Under the pieces are notes generated by a model. The model saw only the letters and a list, made by a program, of their open reading frames with translations. It did not search any database and had not been told where the DNA came from. Positions 57,605 to 64,000 of a DNA stretch of 64,000 nt are shown one piece after another. This DNA is from Blastocystis sp. Blastoise (Eukaryota; Protista; Bigyra: Opalinata), in contig JBBPEB010000029.1 of NCBI GenBank assembly GCA_039096225.1, forward strand, positions 310,001 to 374,000, read 5' to 3'. Numbering within the stretch: position 1 is the first letter of the stretch; each line of letters opens with the position of its first letter. The translations under genes and the position numbers were made by a program.

Positions 57605-59417
57605 ATGAGTAAGGAGGATAATAGTGATGAATTAAAGGCGAATAAAAAAACACAAGTGTATGTTCATTCTGTTTTATATGAATATCCTAATAGTATATCT
57701 CTTATATAGAAGAAGAGGGATATGCTTTACAATGAATATTCTTTCTTGGTATCTATGTTATACTATTTTATCTCATTCATTTTTATAAAGGAGTTGTTTT
57801 CTTCCCTTGATTGGAATATGGATATACTCTTTTTTTCAGAATTTTCATATTAAGATTGAAGATCCTCATCTTCGATTATTAAGTGCGACTTTTTTATGGC
57901 TTTTCTTTTATTTGCGTTTTTCATTTTTATTATTTCGACATACGGATCGAAAGGAAGCAAGAGAAAATCCTACAGAAATGGCAATACGTGCTCGTGAGTT
58001 ATACATGATGAGATTACAAGGATTTACGAATCCTACATGGTTATCTATAAAGAGTCGTTATTCAATATGTATGAAAGTTATTAACGAATTCTTTTGTTTT
58101 TCATTAGATGATATGTACCCTGAAATCCCTACAAAACCTAAAAAACATATATTAGCATTAGATTTAGATGAAACATTAATTTCTTCGATTTCTTTAAAGA
58201 ATCTTTCGGATGATGAAAAACAAAAATTGGAAGAAGAACGACGTAATTTAGATCCTTTCACCTTGTGCTTTGTATATTGATATATTTATAATAGATTTTA
58301 TAAAGTTATTTATTTAAATAATATGTTTTGCTTTTTTGTATTATATGGGTTGTTATTATATTATTTTTTTTGATAATAATAGTTTTTATATTCTTTTTTT
58401 GATATTATTTTTGTATATATTTATTTTTATTATTTTTACTAATAATATTGTTGTTGATAAAATAATAATAATAATAATACTATATATAGTATGATGGTTC
58501 TATTAAGAGAGAATATTGTATTTTACATCGACCTTATTTAGAATATTTCCTTGATTGTGTATATATTATATATTATTATACTGTTTTTTGAATTTATTAT
58601 AAAAATATATTTTTATTTTATAAGCTATTTTTTTTTATTTTTATAAATTAATATATATTATATATTATATATTATATATTATTATACTGTTTTTTGATTT
58701 ATTATAAAAATATATTTTTATTTTATTCACTACTCTTTTTTAGAATTTATAAATGATCATATATCTATTATAATTCCTCTATATAAAGGTTTCCCAATGG
58801 TACGATTTAGTCATATTTACGGCTTCTGTTTATAACTATGCAAAGAGTATAAAAGAGGATATAGATCACGGCGGATATATAAAGAAACTATATACAAAGG
58901 CAGATTGTATTGTTGTAGGAAATCATTATGTTAAAGATTTAACTACTATCACGGAAGATCTATCGAATATTATTATTATCGATAATATGCAAGCTTCCTA
59001 TATGAATCAACCGGGTATACTATCTATTTATATATATATATATTATTATAAACATTTTGCTATTATAATAATTATAATAATTTTATTAAATATTTTACTG
59101 TTATCGAATTCTATATAAATTGATATTATTCTATAAATATATTTTATAGTATTTTTTTTGTATTTTATATTCTAATATTCTATATAGTATTCTATATTTT
59201 ATATATTCTATAGAGTATTCTATTAACATATTATCTATTCTATATATTCTCTATAGATAATGGCATTTTAATTACTTCTTGGTATTCTGAGTCAAATGAT
59301 AAAGAATTAAAACATTTATTGAGTTTATTATATATGTTACAATTTGTACCTGATGTCCGTGATGTCCTTCAAATTGATTATTATTGTACTCCTACACAAC
59401 AAGATAATAATGAATAA
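57605..59417 (+). CDS. HAD-family NIF/FCP1-like phosphatase with N-terminal hydrophobic segments (CTDNEP1/Dullard/Nem1-like)
   Basis: ILALDLDETLI (DxDxT), HRPYLEYFL, LVIFTAS, YVKDL...IIIIDN, DVRDVL; start codon position is uncertain. Confidence 0.85.
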
Positions 59418-60293
59418 ATTATTATAATTATATATATATATAACAAGATAATTATGAGTAAATAATCATATATATAAACAAGATAATTGTGAATAGTATA
59501 ATATAGCTTCTTTTTATTATTGTTGTTCATAATTATTTATATATATCATAATTTCATCTATTTACTTTTCTTAAAACGTGATTATTATTATAATTATTTA
59601 CATTTTATTCTGAATATTATATCACTTACAATTATACTATTTTATTATCATTATATATATATTCTTTTAAATTTTTCCTTTTTCTTTTTTTTATATATTC
59701 ATTCTTTAATATACTCTTTTCTTTTAACTTTTTTAATTTGATTCTTTCTTTATTTTTTTTTTATGAATAAAACTTTCTTTTCGTTTACATAATGTGCTTT
59801 TCTTTTTTCATTTTTCATTATTTCTTTTATGTTTTATAAATTTAAATATATTATTGGCTTCCCTCTATGATTTCGAGTAATAGGTGTGTGTTGTTCTCAT
59901 TATTGTGTTTTGTTATCACATTCTTTTATATATTTGAATGACCTTATTTATTCAAAATGAATAACCTTGTTATTCTATGCAATATAATGAATAAACTAAT
60001 AACAAATAAACATATAATTTGGAAAACATAATCACTATTTGATTTTAAAATTACTTAAATTGATAAATTAAATCACCCTATATTTTCTATTATGAGAAAA
60101 AACTATACAACATCTGAAGTCAACAACAAATAAGAATTTAGATCAAATAAAAAATAAATTTAATGAAAATCATGAAGATTGATAAAAATATACAATGAAA
60201 TATTGAAATTCCCATGAACCATTTGAATTCCTATATAAATAAAAAATATTTCTTTCAATTCTCGTTACCCTTGTTTAGAAAGTCAGAGAAACG

Positions 60294-63687
<3,394 letters not shown>

Positions 63688-64000
63688 AAACATAATCTCT
63701 TTATATATATAATATATATTAACTGTTTTATTAATTTATATAGATTCCAGATTATTCTATATAGTTTTTAAATCATTTTTTTTCTATTATTTAAATAGAT
63801 AAATTGTGATATCTTTTTTTCTTCTATTTATCATTTGTAGGAATATTTTATGTATTTTTTTTGTTATTTGAATTATTCTATTTGATTCAATATTTTAGTT
63901 ATATGCTTTTTTACACTATATTTTTTTATATACAGAAAAAATCAAATTTTTAAATATAATTTCTAAAGACTTCTATTTCAATAACAATACATATATATTA

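Overview
This is a very AT-rich, intron-rich eukaryotic window using the standard code, with GT-AG introns that are often filled with microsatellites. The gene content (PPi-PFK, a giant He_PIG/Cys-repeat surface protein, 'FPKL' hypothetical proteins) suggests an anaerobic stramenopile such as a low-GC Blastocystis lineage; this assignment is inference. The first ~11.6 kb is a nested transposon region. A 5-exon Mutator/MULE transposase gene on the minus strand runs off the window start and has one in-frame TAA. Its second intron carries a ~3 kb non-coding Helitron-like element (2135-5106). A second ~3.1 kb Helitron-like element (6428-9521) sits in what appears to be an intron of an LRR-like gene. 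The two elements have different ends but share a ~245-bp internal repeat motif. The remainder is housekeeping genes: UBR-box/RING N-recognin, SHAQKYF-type MYB, nucleotide-sugar transporter, G3BP-like NTF2-RRM, calreticulin, a membrane protein, mitochondrial bL21, a Gon7-like small protein, a catalytically degenerate PFP-alpha-like subunit, 2-Cys peroxiredoxin, a ~1,938-aa mosaic adhesin, PP2A-C, a NIF/Dullard phosphatase and CDC40/PRP17. Two copies of an ~876-bp hAT MITE, each with its own 8-bp TSD, form a large inverted repeat upstream of the peroxiredoxin. Many introns have (TA)n at both ends and no polypyrimidine tract.
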